DNA of 64,000 nucleotides from Camelus dromedarius (GCF_036321535.1 NC_087436.1:10106001-10170000), one strand, 5' to 3'. Positions 38,150 to 52,487 are shown, counted from the stretch's first letter. Translations and numbers: made by a program. Notes: generated from the letters alone by a model not told the origin.

Positions 38150-39800
38150 TTCTTTTTTTTTAAATCAACTTTGAGGTATAAATAATATATGACAAAATAG
38201 ACATATTACAAGCGTACAGAGTTTGAGTTTTGGTAATACATAGTGCAGCCACCGTGGTCAGCAGACGTAGAGTGCGTTTTCATCCTTCTAAAGATCTTCC
38301 CAGTCAGTTCTCCACCCTCCACCCCTAGCCTTAGACACCCGTTGATTTGCTCTGTATCTGGTTTTTTTTTTTTTTTAATAGACTTAATTTTTAGAGCAGT
38401 TTAGGGTTTACAGCAGAATTGTGCAGAAAACAGAGTTTGCACATAGCCCTCCCCACCCACACATACATCCTCCCCTACCTTCAGCATCCCACATTGGTGA
38501 GGCATATTTGGTACAATCGATGAACCAACAGCGACACATTGTTCTCAACCAAAGTCCATAGTTCACATTAGGGCTCACTGTTGATGTTGTACATTCTATG
38601 AGCTTTGACAAACGCATAATGACATGTAGCCACCACTATAGTATCATACAGAATAATTTCATTGCCCTAAAAGCCCCTGTGCTCGGTCTATTCATCCCTC
38701 CCTCCCTCTCCCCAAACCCCTGGAAACCACGATCTTTTTATTGTTTCTGTAGATTTGCTCTGTATCTTGATGGATGAGATTTGTCTTTCTAATGTTTCAT
38801 ATAAATGGACTCATGCTGTAGGCAGTTTTTTATGCTAGCTTTTTTCTGTTTGCATAGTATTTGTGAAGTTTATCCATGTTATTGCATATTTTAGTTGTCC
38901 TTCTCCATTATTACTGAGTAGTATTACGTTGTATGGCTGTGCAGTGTGTTTATCCACTTACAGGTTGATGGTTATTTGGAGTGTTTATAGTTTGTGGCTC
39001 TTTTCCAGATCTGCTCTGTTGGGTTAAGTGCCTACCCACTTGCTTTTATAAAAACAGTTTGCCTCACTGGAAAGCAGCTATGCCCATTCGTTTCATGTTG
39101 TTCGCAGCTGCTTTGAGACCACAAAGGCAGAGATGAGTAGTTGGGATGGACCAACCACGTGGCCCTCAAAGCCTAGCATGTTACTGTCCTGCCATTTAAG
39201 CAGGAATGATCAACCCCTGCTGTTACATGCAGATAAAGCTACCAGAGCATTCACATGCGGGGGTTTTGTGTACGTAGGTTTCCATTTTTTTTTTCAGTTC
39301 TTAGAACTGGAATTGCTGGTTCATACAGTAGATACATGTTTAAGTATATAAGAAATTGAATTTTTAAGAAATTGTTTAGGAGAATGAGGTCATGTGGTAG
39401 GTGTAATTTTTAGTATATAAGAAATTGCCTTATCTGAAGTGGCAGTATCATTTTATCTTTTCACCACTAATGTATAAGAGTTACATTCACTCTGTATCCT
39501 CTTAAACATGTTGTATTATCAGTTTTAAAATAGATTTTAGCCAATCTGGTAGGTGTACGGTAGTATGTCATTGGTGGTTTTAATTTGTACTTCTTGATGA
39601 CTAGTGATATTAAATAAATTTTCATGTGCTTATTGGTCACTTTATGTCTTTGATGACAAATCTGTTAAAATCTTTTTTTGGTTTTGAATTGGTTTTCTGT
39701 TGTTAAGTAGTAAGAACTATTGGTATATTCTTAATGCAAGTCTTTAGTTAGTTATTAGTCTTGTGAATATGTTATCCCCTTCTTGTGCTTAAAAAATTTT
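38150..39800 (-). mobile_element. Old L1M 3' fragments with a nested MER58A-like element (about 39000-39220)
   Basis: L1 3' UTR text (tttagagcagtttagggtttacagcagaatt..., aaagtccatagttcacattaggg) and MER58-like ggcagagatgagtagttg...tggccctcaaagccta...caacccctg. Confidence 0.75.
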
Positions 39801-40164
39801 TATAAAAAAGGCTTTATTTTATTTCTTCAGTTTTCTAGTTGTTTAAAGTGGGAGAGTAAATCTGGTCTGCTTTGTTAGGGCAGGGACAGTGGGTTTTTTC
39901 TTCATTGCTGTGGCTAACAAAGTGTTGCAAAAACTGGCCATTCAGAGGTCTTTCCTGAATGAGTTAGAATTTAGAATAGCAACAGTAGGAAGCATATATC
40001 ACCTAGACCGTTTCTTTTTAAACAACTCGACCGTGGTGTAATTTCTGTATAGTAAACTACACATATTTCAGATGTGCAATTTGATAAATTTTGATAGATA
40101 TATTCAGCTATGAAGCCACTACCACAATTAAGATACCTAACATTTCCACCACTCCCCAAGAGGT

Positions 40165-42690
40165 ACAGTTTTCAAATTCCCAATTTATCCCTTCCCAACC
40201 CATCTGCCCCCTGGTAACCATGAGTCTGTTTTCTATGTCTGTGAATCTGTTTCTGTTTTGTAGATAAGTTCATTTGTGCCCTTTTTTTTAGATTCCACAT
40301 ATAAGCGATATCATATGGTATTTTTCTTTTCTCTTTTTTTTTACTGCACTTTTTTTAAATTTACATGTATGTACTGTTCATTGTTTCTAAGATTGTTTAG
40401 AGCTTTAGCTTTTTAAACTTAATATGGTTATCAAAGGAATAAAGCCAACCACAACATAAGAATTAATTCAAAAAGATACATACACCCTGCTATTAACAGC
40501 AACATTATTTATAATTGCCAAGACATGCAAGCATCCCAAGGGCACATCAACAGATGAATAAAGAAGATGCAACATTGGAATACAACTTGCCCATAAGAAA
40601 GAAGGATATTTTGCTATTTGTGGCCCTTCATTCACTTTTTTTTTCACTTCAAAAACCAGAGTTTTATAACTGGCATAAACCTTTCCATTGTGTCAAAAAA
40701 GCCCCAAAATACCTAGAAATAAACTTAATCAAGGAGGTTACCTATACTCTGAAAACCAAAAACCAAAATGACACAAAGAAATGAAAAGATATCTTGTGCT
40801 CTTGGATTGGAAGAATCAACACTATCAAAACAGCCACATTACCCAAAGCAATCGACAGATCCAGTGCAACCCCCGTCAAAATACTCATGACATTCCTCAC
40901 AGAGCTAGAACAAACAATTCCAAATAGGAAGCACAGAAGACCTCGAACAGCCAAAGCCATCTATTGTAGGTCATTTTTTGTTTTTGTTTTTTTCTCTCTT
41001 TCTTCTTTTTGTTGTCTTGTCTTATGGCTTGATGACTAGAGAAGGTCCTTTAACATTTGTTGTAAAGCTGGTTTGGTGGTGCTGAATTCTTTCAGCTTTT
41101 GTTTATCTGTGAAGCATTTGATTTCTCCATCATCTGAATGAGAGCCTTGCTGGATAGAGTATTCTTGGTTGTAAGTTTTTCCCTTTCATCACTTTAAATA
41201 TATCATGCCACTCCCTTCTGGCCTGTAGAGTTTCTGCTGAAAAATTAGCTGATAACCTTATGGGAGTTCCCTTGTATGTTATTTGTTGCTTTTCTCTTGC
41301 TGATTTTAGTATTTTCTCCTCATCCTTAATTTTTCTTAATTTGATGACTACATGTCTTGGAGTGTTCCTCTTTGGGTTGATCCTGTGGAACTCTCTGCAC
41401 TTCCTGGACTTGGGTGACTGTTTCCTTTCCCAAGTTGGGGAAGTTTTTAGCACTTATCTCTTCAAATATTTTCTCAGGTTCTTTCTCTCTCTCTTTGCTT
41501 TCTGGGACCCCTGTAACTCGAATATTAGTGTGCTTCATTGTTGTCCCAGAGGTCTCTTAAACTATGCTCATTCCTTTTCATTCTTTTTTCTTTTTTCTTT
41601 TCTGCGGTAGTGATTTCCACTCATCTGTCCTCCAGCTCACTGATCCGTTCTTCTGCCTCATTGAGTCTGTTCTTGGTTCCTTCTGGTGTGTTATTCATTT
41701 CAGTGATTGTGTTCTTCAGCTCTGTTTTCTAACTTTTTGCTAAAAACTTTGCTTTGTGCATCTATACTCCTCCCGAGTTCTCTGAACATCATCATCATAA
41801 TTCTAAACTCTTTCTTGGATAAATTGCCTGTCTCCTCATCACTTAAAATTTCTTTTTCTGGGATTGTATCTTGTGCCGTTGCCTGGCATATGTTCCTTTG
41901 CTGCCTCATGTTTAAATTTCTGTTTGTATTTTTATGTAGATCATTTATGTTTCTAAACCTTGGGCAAGTGGCCCTCTGTGGGAAATGCCGTATGCGTCTC
42001 AGCAGTACACTCCTCTCTTGTCACCCAAGGGCCAAGGTCCCGCCAGTCCCAGTGTAGAGTCTGGCCTGTGTTTGTGGATTCCTTCCACAGGCGCCTGCCC
42101 ACTGCTGGGTGAAGCTCTGCCTGGACATCTGGTGGATAGGGCCCTGCCTAGAGACCTTTGTGACTCAGGAAGTCTGCTGATGGGTGGGGCCGTGTTCCCA
42201 CCCTAATGATCCAGCCAAGACACCAGCCTCCTGGAAAACCCATGTTTTGATGGACACTCCGGGAATGTCTGCCACCAGAGTTTATGTCTCTTGAGTGAGC
42301 TGCAGCCATCCCCCACGTCCCCAGGAGACCCTCCAAAACCAGCAGGCAGATCTGGCCCTGGTTCCTATGAAATCACTGCCTCCGCCCTTGGACCTGTGCA
42401 TGTGAGATTCTATGTTTGCTTCCCAAGACACTGAAGTCTCCGTTTCCCCCAGACCCGTGGGGCTGCTGGAGTTAAGCCCCACTGAGCTTCAAAACCAGAT
42501 GTCTTGGGATGTTCTCCCAGTGCCAGAACCCCAGCTGGGGAGCCTGACATGGGGCTCAGAGCTCTCACTCCTATGGGAGTGCCTCTGTGACTTCAGGTTG
42601 TGGGTCGCCCAGCTGGGGGGTTATAGGGCCCAATTATATCGTGAGCACTCCCCTCCTGCTGTCTCTCTGTGGTTCCCTAGACCCTTTATT
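40165..42690. mobile_element. Rearranged L1 mosaic: minus-strand 3' UTR, plus-strand ORF2 pieces, minus-strand ORF1 and 5' UTR
   Basis: ORF track gives L1 ORF2 [19 protein letters not shown] (+, 40794) and L1 ORF1 RINPKRNTPRHVVIKL...LQARREWHDIFKVMKGKNLQPRILYPARLSF (-, 41130-41453). Confidence 0.85.
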
Positions 42691-43156
42691 ATTTTAGAAT
42701 AAATGACTTCTTTTTCTTTGGTCATAATTCTTACCAAATTTATGAAAAGTAAACGTTCTGTTTTGTCCTTGTTGAAGTTTAGAAGATGACAGTGATGAAT
42801 TTTGATCTTGGTGGTAGCCCTTAATCTTCTCGAAGGCACTCATTGCTCTTTTGTTACGAGCATTCTGCATATTATGAAATCCAATCAAGCTTTCCTTTGT
42901 GCTTTCAAACTGACTTGTTCTATAGGTGTCCTTTGGTCACTACAGAGTGAAAAAATTTTTTCTAATATTTTGTTCCAGTATTTAAAAGAAACACATGGTG
43001 TTCAGTGTTTCTTCATTAAAAAAATTAATTTCACATGCATAAAAAAATGATTTTTGAATTTAGGTTCTTCGGGCAGTTTTTCTTTTTATTGTTTTCGACA
43101 GATTTTTGAAACTTGCTTTGGAAGATTTCTAACACATAAGTACTTTTTCTCCTAAG

Positions 43157-43194
43157 GTTGAAGAATGACAAGGCGTTGCGTCTCAGCCTTATTG
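43157..43194 (+). CDS. TMA16: TMA16 exon 3 (38 nt; LKNDKALRLSLI)
   Basis: ctcctaag| acceptor and |gtaagt donor; phase matches exons 2 and 4. Confidence 0.93.
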
Positions 43195-44402
43195 GTAAGT
43201 GGATTTATTTATTTGACACTTGGGCCTGAGCATAGTGAAGTTCTTCCCTGTTCATATTTTCGACTTTCTTAGTGAAATGCTATTTTTATCTAAGTGAATT
43301 TTCTTTACCAGACTTGATTGAAATAAAGTAAAATCAGTCATTAAATTCTTAGAACAGTGTTAATAATGCCTAGAGCTCAGTTTTTAGGAACTGTTCAGTA
43401 CCTGCCTGCCTGTCTTCATCCATCCGTCTCTCTCTTTCTCAGGTTTAATTCTAGCTCCCTAACCATTAGAATTATGAAGGATTTTGGAAACAGCAATTTA
43501 TATTTAATGATGTGAATGTATATATCCTCAGTCTGTATCTCAGTGTCACAATCTTCTTGGGGTCAGATTTATTATTGGTCAGTTTGTAGTGACAGATCAG
43601 AGGTTTTGAAAGAGTGGCTGCTAGGCTTTATTACTAAAATAAAAGGTATTTGAACCCCTAACTAGTGCTTTATCAGGCGATAGAACTGTATTTCTAGATG
43701 GGTTCTCAGCCATCCCGGGTAGGGCCAGTTCTCAATCTGTGATTATCGAGGGATCTAGCCGAAAGTGACACCCCGATGGCAGGTTTACTCGCCGGGATGA
43801 GGCCCGTTAGCTCTTTGATAATGAGCGTCAGTCACTCTGCGGTACCTGGCAGATGGCAGGCCTTGTATGCTGAGTGTTTATTTACTAACTTTGAGGCCCT
43901 GAGCAGGTTACTCACCCTTTCTCATTTGTAAATGGGGATAACAGTATTAATCCTCATAGGACTGCAAACCTCTTGACAGAGTGCCTGCCGCTTGTTAAAT
44001 GTTCTGCAGGTACCGTCCTCTTTGTTAATCTAATCAGACTCCTAACTCTTTTAGACAAGTTCTGTCCTTTGCTTTATAAATACTTAGAACTTCACGTACT
44101 ATGAAAGTATTCTTCTAAACTTTTTTCTATCCTCGGATAAGAAGTATGTACAGAAAAGCATCCCTCCCACCTTTGTCTCTTCCCCAAATTTAAAACGTGA
44201 TGGTTTAATTTCTGACCGACTGGTTTATTAGCTTTGAGCCTATAAACCAGTCGGTCAGAAATTAAACCGTCACAAAACCTTATATTTAATATTGAAATAA
44301 ATTTTGATACTGTTTTAATCACATTGATGTTGAAAATTATAATGAATACCTCTGCTTAAGTTGATGACTTGTGTTAAACTGTCTTGGTTCTTGTTGTTAT
44401 AG

Positions 44403-44487
44403 GTGAAAAACTTCAGTGGTTTCAGAGTCATCTTGATCCCAAAAAAGTAGGATATTCAAAGAGAGATGCTTGTGAATTAATTGAAAG
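44403..44487 (+). CDS. TMA16: TMA16 exon 4 (85 nt; [27 protein letters not shown])
   Basis: ttatag| acceptor and |gtaaac donor; in phase. Confidence 0.94.
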
Positions 44488-44679
44488 GTAAACACTGGGC
44501 ATGTTATGAGCAAAGGGTCAGTAAGAGGCACCCCCCAGCTTGGTTCTGGAAGAGGCAGAGTTCTGTTCTGGATTCACAGATGAGCAGATGGGCTTTATTA
44601 TCAAAAGACTTTGGATCCATATACTGGCCTCACCATTTTAGTAGGGTTGTAACCTCTCTGGGCCTCACAGTGGTAGTTC

Positions 44680-45490
44680 ACCCAGTTTCGTGGCTTCTTG
44701 GAGAAATGTCATCCAAACTGACATCTGAAGATGGGGGTGAGCAGACTGCGCTGAGGCAGCGTGAAGAGCTCTAGGCAGAGAGAACAAGACGGGAAAGGCC
44801 CAGGGGTGAGGGCAGCATATCTAGGGCTCTGCCAGACGTTTAAGGACTGAAGCAGTGGGTTCAAGGAGGGGATTGCGACAGGTGGGATAAACCAGCTGCT
44901 GACAGATCTCGGATACCAGTGTAGGAGTTTGGACTGTGCCCAACCACACTGGGAGCTGTAGGACGCTTGTGCAGCAAGCACCTGAGATGATCGCATTTCA
45001 GCTTTAGGAAGATCACCGTAGTGAGAACGAGGAGAATGGGTGAGGGACAGGCTTTGGCCAGGAGACTGCTGAGAGGCTGATGGAGCAGTCCAGGCAAGAG
45101 GTGATATTACTGGCAGTGTGGTCAAGAGAAATGAAAGATGACAGAGATTTTAAGGAGGTTGACATCTCAATCTGTAATGAAGACTTAGATGTGGCATAAA
45201 AGGGAGAGAGAGGAGTCAGTGGGGACAGTGGCATTCCTCACTTGGCCACCAGATGAGTGGTCACACTGCTTCCCGTGATGAGGTGGGGGCAAAGGGATGG
45301 GGCAGGTTTGGAGGGGCCGTGTGGGGGCAGGGCTGAGGGCAGGTTCAGGTGTCATGCAGTAAGCCTCTTTGGGACATCCAGGAAGTGGTTGAGTATGAGC
45401 ATACTTTAATGGCAGGCTTTGATTTGGTCACAGAAATTTTGAAAACGGTTGAGTTATCAAGGGAAGGTCTGAGAACTTGAGGAATTCAAG
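44680..45490. mobile_element. LINE-2 remnant
   Basis: ggagactgct...gcagtccaggcaagaggtgat...ttagatgtgg...gagagaggagtca. Confidence 0.6.
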
Positions 45491-45591
45491 AATATAACAA
45501 CTTAAAGGCCAGGCGAAGGCTGGGGATTATGTTTTAAATGAGGTAATGTAAGCCTTACACTTGTGACGCAAACCATTTTCTTGTATTTCAG

Positions 45592-45740
45592 GTATTTAAA
45601 TCGATTCAGCAGTGAGCTGGAGCAGATTGAGTTGCAGAACAGCATCAAGGACCGGCAGGGCAGGCGGCACTGCTCCCGGGAGACGGTCATCAGGCAGACG
45701 GTGGCGCGGGAGCGGCAGCAGTACGAGGGATACGGCTTCG
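45592..45740 (+). CDS. TMA16: TMA16 exon 5 (149 nt; [49 protein letters not shown])
   Basis: tttcag| acceptor and |gtgtgt donor; visible in ORF 45563..45817. Confidence 0.94.
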
Positions 45741-47569
45741 GTGTGTTCGCGGGGCCTGCTCTTCTTCCGCGTCACATTTGGAATCCATTTCAAAATTTAG
45801 CTTTACTGACTCTTTAGTTGGGATTGGCTTTCTTGCTTTGATTTCCTTTCATTTTGAGTATTTGGAATAATTTTTGAATTCACTTTTTCCCCTGCACATT
45901 CCCAAACCTGTCGATTCTGACAGTGGCATCGTCTCTGCTGTGGCAGTGCAGGTCCCCCTCTTTCCGGGCGCATACCTAATTTGCTTTGTTGTAGAGTTAC
46001 TACGTGCCCGTCTCCGGCCACGTTGAAGTTTCTTTGGAGTAGGTGCTGTGTCCTGTCGTCCTTGTCATTCCTGTGGTGATGAGCTGTACTTGTTGGTGCC
46101 ATTCTTGAGACACTGTAGAAACCAAATTTTCTTTCTTAGCATTGTAGCATTTCTTACAGTTCCTAAAGACAAGTATGCTAATAGCTTAGCGACACTGTCT
46201 GAAGAAAAGCGCCTAGTAGGAGAGGAGGGGTCGCTTGTAGACAAGGGCTTGCAAAGCCACACACAGGTGACGACCCAGAAGCTGCACATGGCCTTCAAGT
46301 GGTGTTTGATGGGCTTATTGGTTGTCCGTATAAAAAAACCTGCTGCTTTCACGTGACAAGTTTGATTTTTGGCTTCTCTGAAAACATCGGATGGTCTGAT
46401 AGCATCTCTGCTGGAGCAGAGTTGCAGCCCCCTTTTTAGACTTGAGCCTATGGCCTCACGTTTGCCGTGGTCTCAAACCTTCCTTCATTCTCATCCCCTG
46501 CCTGGTCCCCGTAGGCATTCCTCTTAAGTGGATTTGCTTGGGGAGTATAGTCAGTGAGATGTTTAGTAGCAAAACTAGGTTTTTAAATTTTAATAGTAAC
46601 AGCAGTAAAGCGTAGGGCCCTACAGGAAGTATCCTGGGGATGACTGTCGTGTCGGCCCAGCTGCTGGACAGTGGTGCTGCAGGCTGGACAGGCCGGGGCA
46701 GCCGGGGTTGTGGCTGGGCCCACCCCGCTGGTTCTTAGGATCGCGGGGTGTACCTCAGCAGCAGCCATCAGGGAACCTTGGAAAAAACAAGATTTCATAC
46801 GTACAGGTCCTGGAGGGCTCAGGGCACGCCCGAGCGCCATGCAGCGGGGTCTCTGGTGGAGAGGGAGGGAACGGGCACCTGGGGTCCAGCCTTTTTTAGG
46901 GTGACAGGTGAGGTGCCTAGGGCCTCACAGGTTCATTCTTGATAAAGGCGTCAGATGGGAGAACAGGCCACTCGGTTGGTCTGGGTGAGCCGCGGCTTTC
47001 TCGCAGGGGCACTTCCTGGGTGGGGCAGCCTGGGTTCTTGTCTGGTGGTTTAGCTGGTGGCTGTGTCGGGAGCTGGCTGTCTTAGAGCGGCTCCCCGGGC
47101 CGTCGTCCCACTACAGTAGCACTGGAAGCCCCGAGGAGGTGGCGGTTCTGCTTCGTCTTTCCTAGGAAGTGAGTTTCTTAACTGGAAAAACAACAGAATA
47201 GGTACATCTGCACTGGAACTGCGATGGCTTAACTGTGTAACAGGGCCGTTACCCTGCAGATAATAGAAATAGTGCACTTCCTCCCCAGGTTGTTTCAAAG
47301 TCAAATGAGACTTTGTTTACCAAGGGCCTGACACAGAACCCGATACAGGAGGTTGGGGGGAGCTCCCGCCAGCCCCGTGTCCTCTTCGCCTACGTCCTTC
47401 CCTTCCAAGAGTGTGGACTTTGTCTCTGCGTGTACTCTCCGTTCCTCATTGTCCGTTTTCTTTGGAACCCCTTGAATTAGGCTTTCATAGCCACGGCTCA
47501 ACTGAAGCCCTCTGTCACCGGCGACCTGTTAGATGCTGAGACAAGCAGTGGCCGTGCTGGGCGCCGACT

Positions 47570-48200
47570 CTCACTCAGTCCGCTTTCCTGTAGCATTTGA
47601 TACACATGAGCACTTCATTCTCTCGTCACACGCTTTATTCGGGGTGCAAGACCCTGACCTGTCCTGGTTTTCCTCCTGGTTCACTGGCCGTGGCTTCAGG
47701 TTCCCCAGTGGAATCCTCATTTCCTCACAAACTAAACATTGACCCACGTCCCTGTCCTTGGGCCTCTCCTTTTTTCTGTTTACACCAATTTCTGAGCTGA
47801 CCTCATTCAATCCTGTGGCTTTGTATACCATCTAAATGCTTATAACTTCCAGATTTATATTGACCATCCTAACTTGTCCCTAGAACTCCAGACTTGCATT
47901 ATCAAACTTGGGTTTCTCCAGATCTCTGCTTGAATGTCTTATCTCAGACTTGACATGTCCCAAAGCAAAATCCAGCTTTTCTCCTAAAACCGGGTCCTCC
48001 TACAAGATCTGCATTTCAGGCAGTGACGTCACCACGCACCCAGTTGCTCCTGTCAGAAACCCTGGGGACCGTCTCATGTTCCACACCCAGCTGTCAGGGA
48101 AATGTGCTTGGAGTCTGATGGCTTTCTTCACTGCCCCCACCCCGCCAAGCTCAGGCCACTGTCATCTCAGCCCTGCCTTCCTAACAGCCTCCCAGCTGGT
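47570..48200. mobile_element. LINE-2 remnant
   Basis: tcctggttttcctcct...ctcattcaatcctgtggctttgtataccatcta...gaactccagact...cacccagttgctc. Confidence 0.7.
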
Positions 48201-49372
48201 CGCTGTGCTCAGTCCGGTCACCAGGCAGCCTCCAGTTTAATTAACAGTAGATGACAGAGCACATCCAAGGTCAGACACTGCTCAGTGGGGAGTGAGCCAG
48301 TCCTGAGACTCAGACCTGGTGTCCGTCCACTTAGGCCACAGTGCTGCTCCAGAGTCCAGGAACGTGTGTGGGGAAGGAACAGAGCTTTGTGAATGCCAAG
48401 TTCATGGGTGTCTGCAAACGTGGACAGATTGTCCCCACCTTCCTGTTGATAAGGTTCAGAGAAGACTAGCCACTAACATCTCCCTCTCCTGCCTCTTGGT
48501 GGTGTAACTATTTTTGACTCATTTTATTAGGATTTATTTATTTTTTTTTTAATTTGTGCTTTGTTTACACCTTTTAAACACCTGGCCCCCATACTCTTTA
48601 TTTTCTGAAGCTGTTGCAAAAGTCAGGCATTACAGTTGTGTCAAACTTTTTAATTTTATCTTTTTCATTAATTGATACTAGGTTTTATTTAATATTTTAT
48701 TGCACTGACCCGAATTTTTGCAGCAGTTTCCATTTTCTGTTACACATGTCTCATGTTCCATCAACAAGGGTGACCCACGTACTGCTTTATTATTAACTTT
48801 CTGATCATGGTAAGGAACTGTCACACACGTCGTTTTTATTAAACATGGGTTTCACTTTTATTAAACTTTATTGAGCATCTATTGATTACAGTTTATTTAA
48901 ATTTCTTTTTTCCTTTTTAAATATTTTTTACATTAAATAATCCTTACATCCTCTACCTTGCCAAAGTGAAGTATATGTTCAAAAAAAAATTGTACTTTTC
49001 ACCAAGGAAATATATAAAACCATCTAGCATATTGTTTTAGGGAATTGATAGTTAGAATCTGCCAGGTACCTTTGTGGTTTAAAATTAGGACAGGGTTTAT
49101 TTTGTTGATAGGTTTGTTTTATTTTATTGATTCTGTGCTGGAATGCATTATTTAATAGTATTCTTTTTGATGCGCCTTCTTAAACTGAGTCACTTATACC
49201 TGTAAAACTTCTCACACAGCGTTATAGTCGTGCTTGGAGATTCTGTTTTGCCTCAGATGCTCTTACTGTTTGTCAGTTACTGTTTGTTGTTTCTGAGATA
49301 ATAAATGAGGAGACTATAAAATGTTGTCGTAGAAAACATTGCCTAACAGATATACATGATTTTCTTTCCCAG

Positions 49373-49415
49373 AGATTCCAGACATTTTAAATGCAAGTAA
49401 CCTGAAAACTTTTAG
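49373..49415 (+). CDS. TMA16: TMA16 exon 6 (43 nt; EIPDILNASNLKTFR)
   Basis: tttcccag| acceptor and |gtgagt donor; in phase. Confidence 0.93.
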
Positions 49416-50903
49416 GTGAGTCTGTTGCCTTTATTGTTCTTGGAAGCTGCACGTAAGATACATGAGACATAACCTTTCTTCCCTTTTGAATCTAGACATT
49501 AGAGGCAAAAGAAAATCAGGGGATTCTTTTTAACCTTTTCTTTTTCATCAAAGGAAGAATTTTCTTAAGTTGTGTTTGTTGGAAACGCCTGATATACACT
49601 GAAATGACAGTGACCTGCTGGTTTTATTACTCAGAATACTTTAAAATTCTTTAATACAATACTTAAAAGAACTTGTTCTCACTTTTCTTTTAAAACAAAC
49701 TATTAGCAGCAGATTTGATGGCTCAGAGTCCTATCCCCAGGCTGCAGCACCCTTTTCTGGAGAAGATGGTCAGTGGGAAGGGGTGCCAGGGAGGTGGTTA
49801 AATCCTGAAGAACCAGTTGGCCCGGTGGTCTCTAATAGTGCCTTTGTGACCAGAGAGGGCAGTGAGTAGGATTTCAATTTTTTAAGTTTTCAAACATGGG
49901 TACTTTGTTTTCAGAAAATAATTTTTATTAATCATTTTGGTCTTAGCTAGACCATGTTGATTGGTCTGCAAATTTAATTGAAATTAGATAAATTTAAGTC
50001 CATATTATTTGAAATCCTTAAGCTCAGTGTATTTTTATACTTCTGAATTCATAGAAAATATTTAGGTTTCATAAAATATTAGCTCTAATAGGATTTATTG
50101 ATCATATTTAAGAAATAGTTCACTTTTTAGCTTAGCTATACATTTACAATGTAAGTGCATGGAGCTTGAGATTCTCTTTATACCTTAATTTTTTTTTTTT
50201 TGCCTGCAACGTTAATTAATCAGACGTATAGATGTTCTCTTTGTTCCTAAAACTGTGTGTGTTCTGCCTCCCCCAAAGAAAGCCAGAAAGAAGAAATTAG
50301 CATAGACTGTTGGTATCACTGGTTAGAGTTCAGTTCTCAGAACAGTCTTCACATTGCTCCTGAAGTAATTAAACATAGGATTGTCACAGAAACGGTGAAG
50401 TTGAAAAATGGAAAGTTTTCTATTAGAACCATAAAAATTGTTTTATTACTGAAACTTGTGACTTACCACTGTGTGTGAGAAGAAAAACCTTTCTGACTAT
50501 GCATTTTGGAGATTTTCCAGGATGATATAGTTCCTACTTCTGAGATTTCCTGGTACCATGTGTCCTGATGGAGAGAAGTGTTCAGGTTAGGGAGGATAAA
50601 AAGCGAAACTTCTGCCTAATGTTTTCCTGTGTTGCTTTGGAAATTTTGAATATGTGGAATTCTCTGTACAGTTAATTGCTATTGTTGGTTAATAAGAATT
50701 GCAGTAAGTATGGAAAAAGCAAACCTCAGTTCTTGGGACACTGGTTTTTTTTTTTCCCTAGTGCATTTGTATTGTTTCTTCCTAGGGCATTTGAAACTGC
50801 TGTAAATTGTAATCTTTCTGCTACTTTCAGAGTTTTGCATATTGACTTTACTGCTTCTCCAGCTCACCCCACACCAACCGTCTGCATTCTCTCTTCTGTC
50901 TAG

Positions 50904-51084
50904 GGAATGGGATTTGGATCTGAAGAAACTGCCAAACATTAAAATGAGAAAAATTTGTGCTAATGATGCAGTGCCGAAGAAGTGCAAGAAGAAAACCGTC
51001 ACAGCTGTAGACGGAGATTTAGGGGAATTGGAACTAAAAGATGAATCAAGTGACACGGATGAGGAAATGACTGCAGTGGACTAA
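50904..51084 (+). CDS. TMA16: TMA16 exon 7 coding part ([17 protein letters not shown]...[14 protein letters not shown])
   Basis: ctgtctag| acceptor and TAA at 51082-51084. The spliced total 3+113+38+85+149+43+181 = 612 nt gives 203 aa. Confidence 0.95.
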
Positions 51085-52287
51085 CTGCCTTTCTTTGCTC
51101 AAAATAATTTGAGAGCTTCAAGTTATACTTGATGATGGTAAATAGTCCAGATACAAGAATTTGCTATTTAGCTGATTCTCTTATATAAAGAGAATCCTGT
51201 TTTTAGTTTCAAAAACGGTGTTACGATTGTCACTTAAAAGTGAATGTTGGTTTTCATTTACATTAAGTTGTTAGAATAGATAGAAGTGGTCTGCACAGTG
51301 CATGTAATCTGAATTTCTGGGGCTGGGAGAGCAATATGAATGAGGGAGAATGTAGTTTTTCCCCTGTGTTTACTTAGAATCATCTAATCTCACATTTTGG
51401 AGCATGGACAGCAACTATTTGCTGAAAGGTTACAATGGATACTTCTTGAGCAGTGATGACAGCAAAATTCCTTTTTAGTAATAATGTTTCACTGTTCTTC
51501 CTCTTACACATTAAACCTATTTTCTTTCCTTATAGAATAGGGAAAACGTGAAATGGAAATTAGATACACTCATGAATTCTGCATTGCTATTATTTATTAT
51601 CTTTGAGCCAGAGTTAGTTAAATAGTTTAAAAAAATCACTATTCTTGTTATGTTGCTCTCCTACACTTAATCGTTTATCTTGGTAAAGGGTATAAATGAT
51701 TTCAGGTTAGCAGTTTGGTTTGTGTATTATTTTTTTTGCTTTCTCAATGTGAAAAGTGATAGATATGTATTTGTGGAAACAGAACTAGAGATGAGAGAAC
51801 CAGTTGTTGCAGTTGTATTATTTTCCTCTAAGTGATAGGTTAAATGGACATATAAAACAACTCGATGTTTCCAGTAACATGAAAAACATGGAAGTGGTAG
51901 AATGTGCTTCACTGAACTTGTTAAACGCAGGCATCTTCTAGTCTGTTTCTAAACAATGGAGTGCAAGCGTGTTTGAGTATTTTCAAGAAACAAAATTCTG
52001 TATGAAGTAACTCAATATCAACTAAGTCTTGTTAACAGCTTTTTTACTTCAGAAAATTAAAAAACTTATTTCTATAATTTCACTTCTTAAGGTTCTAATT
52101 TAATTTTCAGTGATTTAACTGATGCTGACTTGCTTTGGCTTTACTAATCTGTGCAAAAGTATGGTTTTGTGATTACATCATAAGTTCCTGTCTCTTTAGT
52201 CATTGGAAATTTTTCTTGTTGAGGGGAAAGGGGTTCAGTTTTAGTTTCAAAATGGCTATAAACACTGAGTGGTAAGTTACAGTAAAG

Positions 52288-52293
52288 AATAAA
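52288..52293 (+). terminator. Candidate TMA16 polyadenylation signal (AATAAA)
   Basis: Canonical hexamer about 1.2 kb after the stop, near the end of the unique sequence before an L1. Proximal ATTAAA alternatives exist (e.g. about 51510). Confidence 0.5.
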
Positions 52294-52450
52294 AATGTTT
52301 TTATCTGGTCTGATATTTAAAAAGCATTACTGTGAAATGAATGACTTGTGAAAATGGCAAATCATTCTCCCCTTCAAATATTTGTTCCTAGTTTTCCTGT
52401 GCTGTCAAAGCAAAAACATAATAAGCTAGACAGCTAGGAACTAGAACAGA

Positions 52451-52453
<3 letters not shown>

Positions 52454-52487
<34 letters not shown>

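Noticed and set aside
45243..45260. tggccaccagatgagtgg as a second CTCF site
   Set aside because: It lacks the GGC of the core motif and lies in an L2 remnant.
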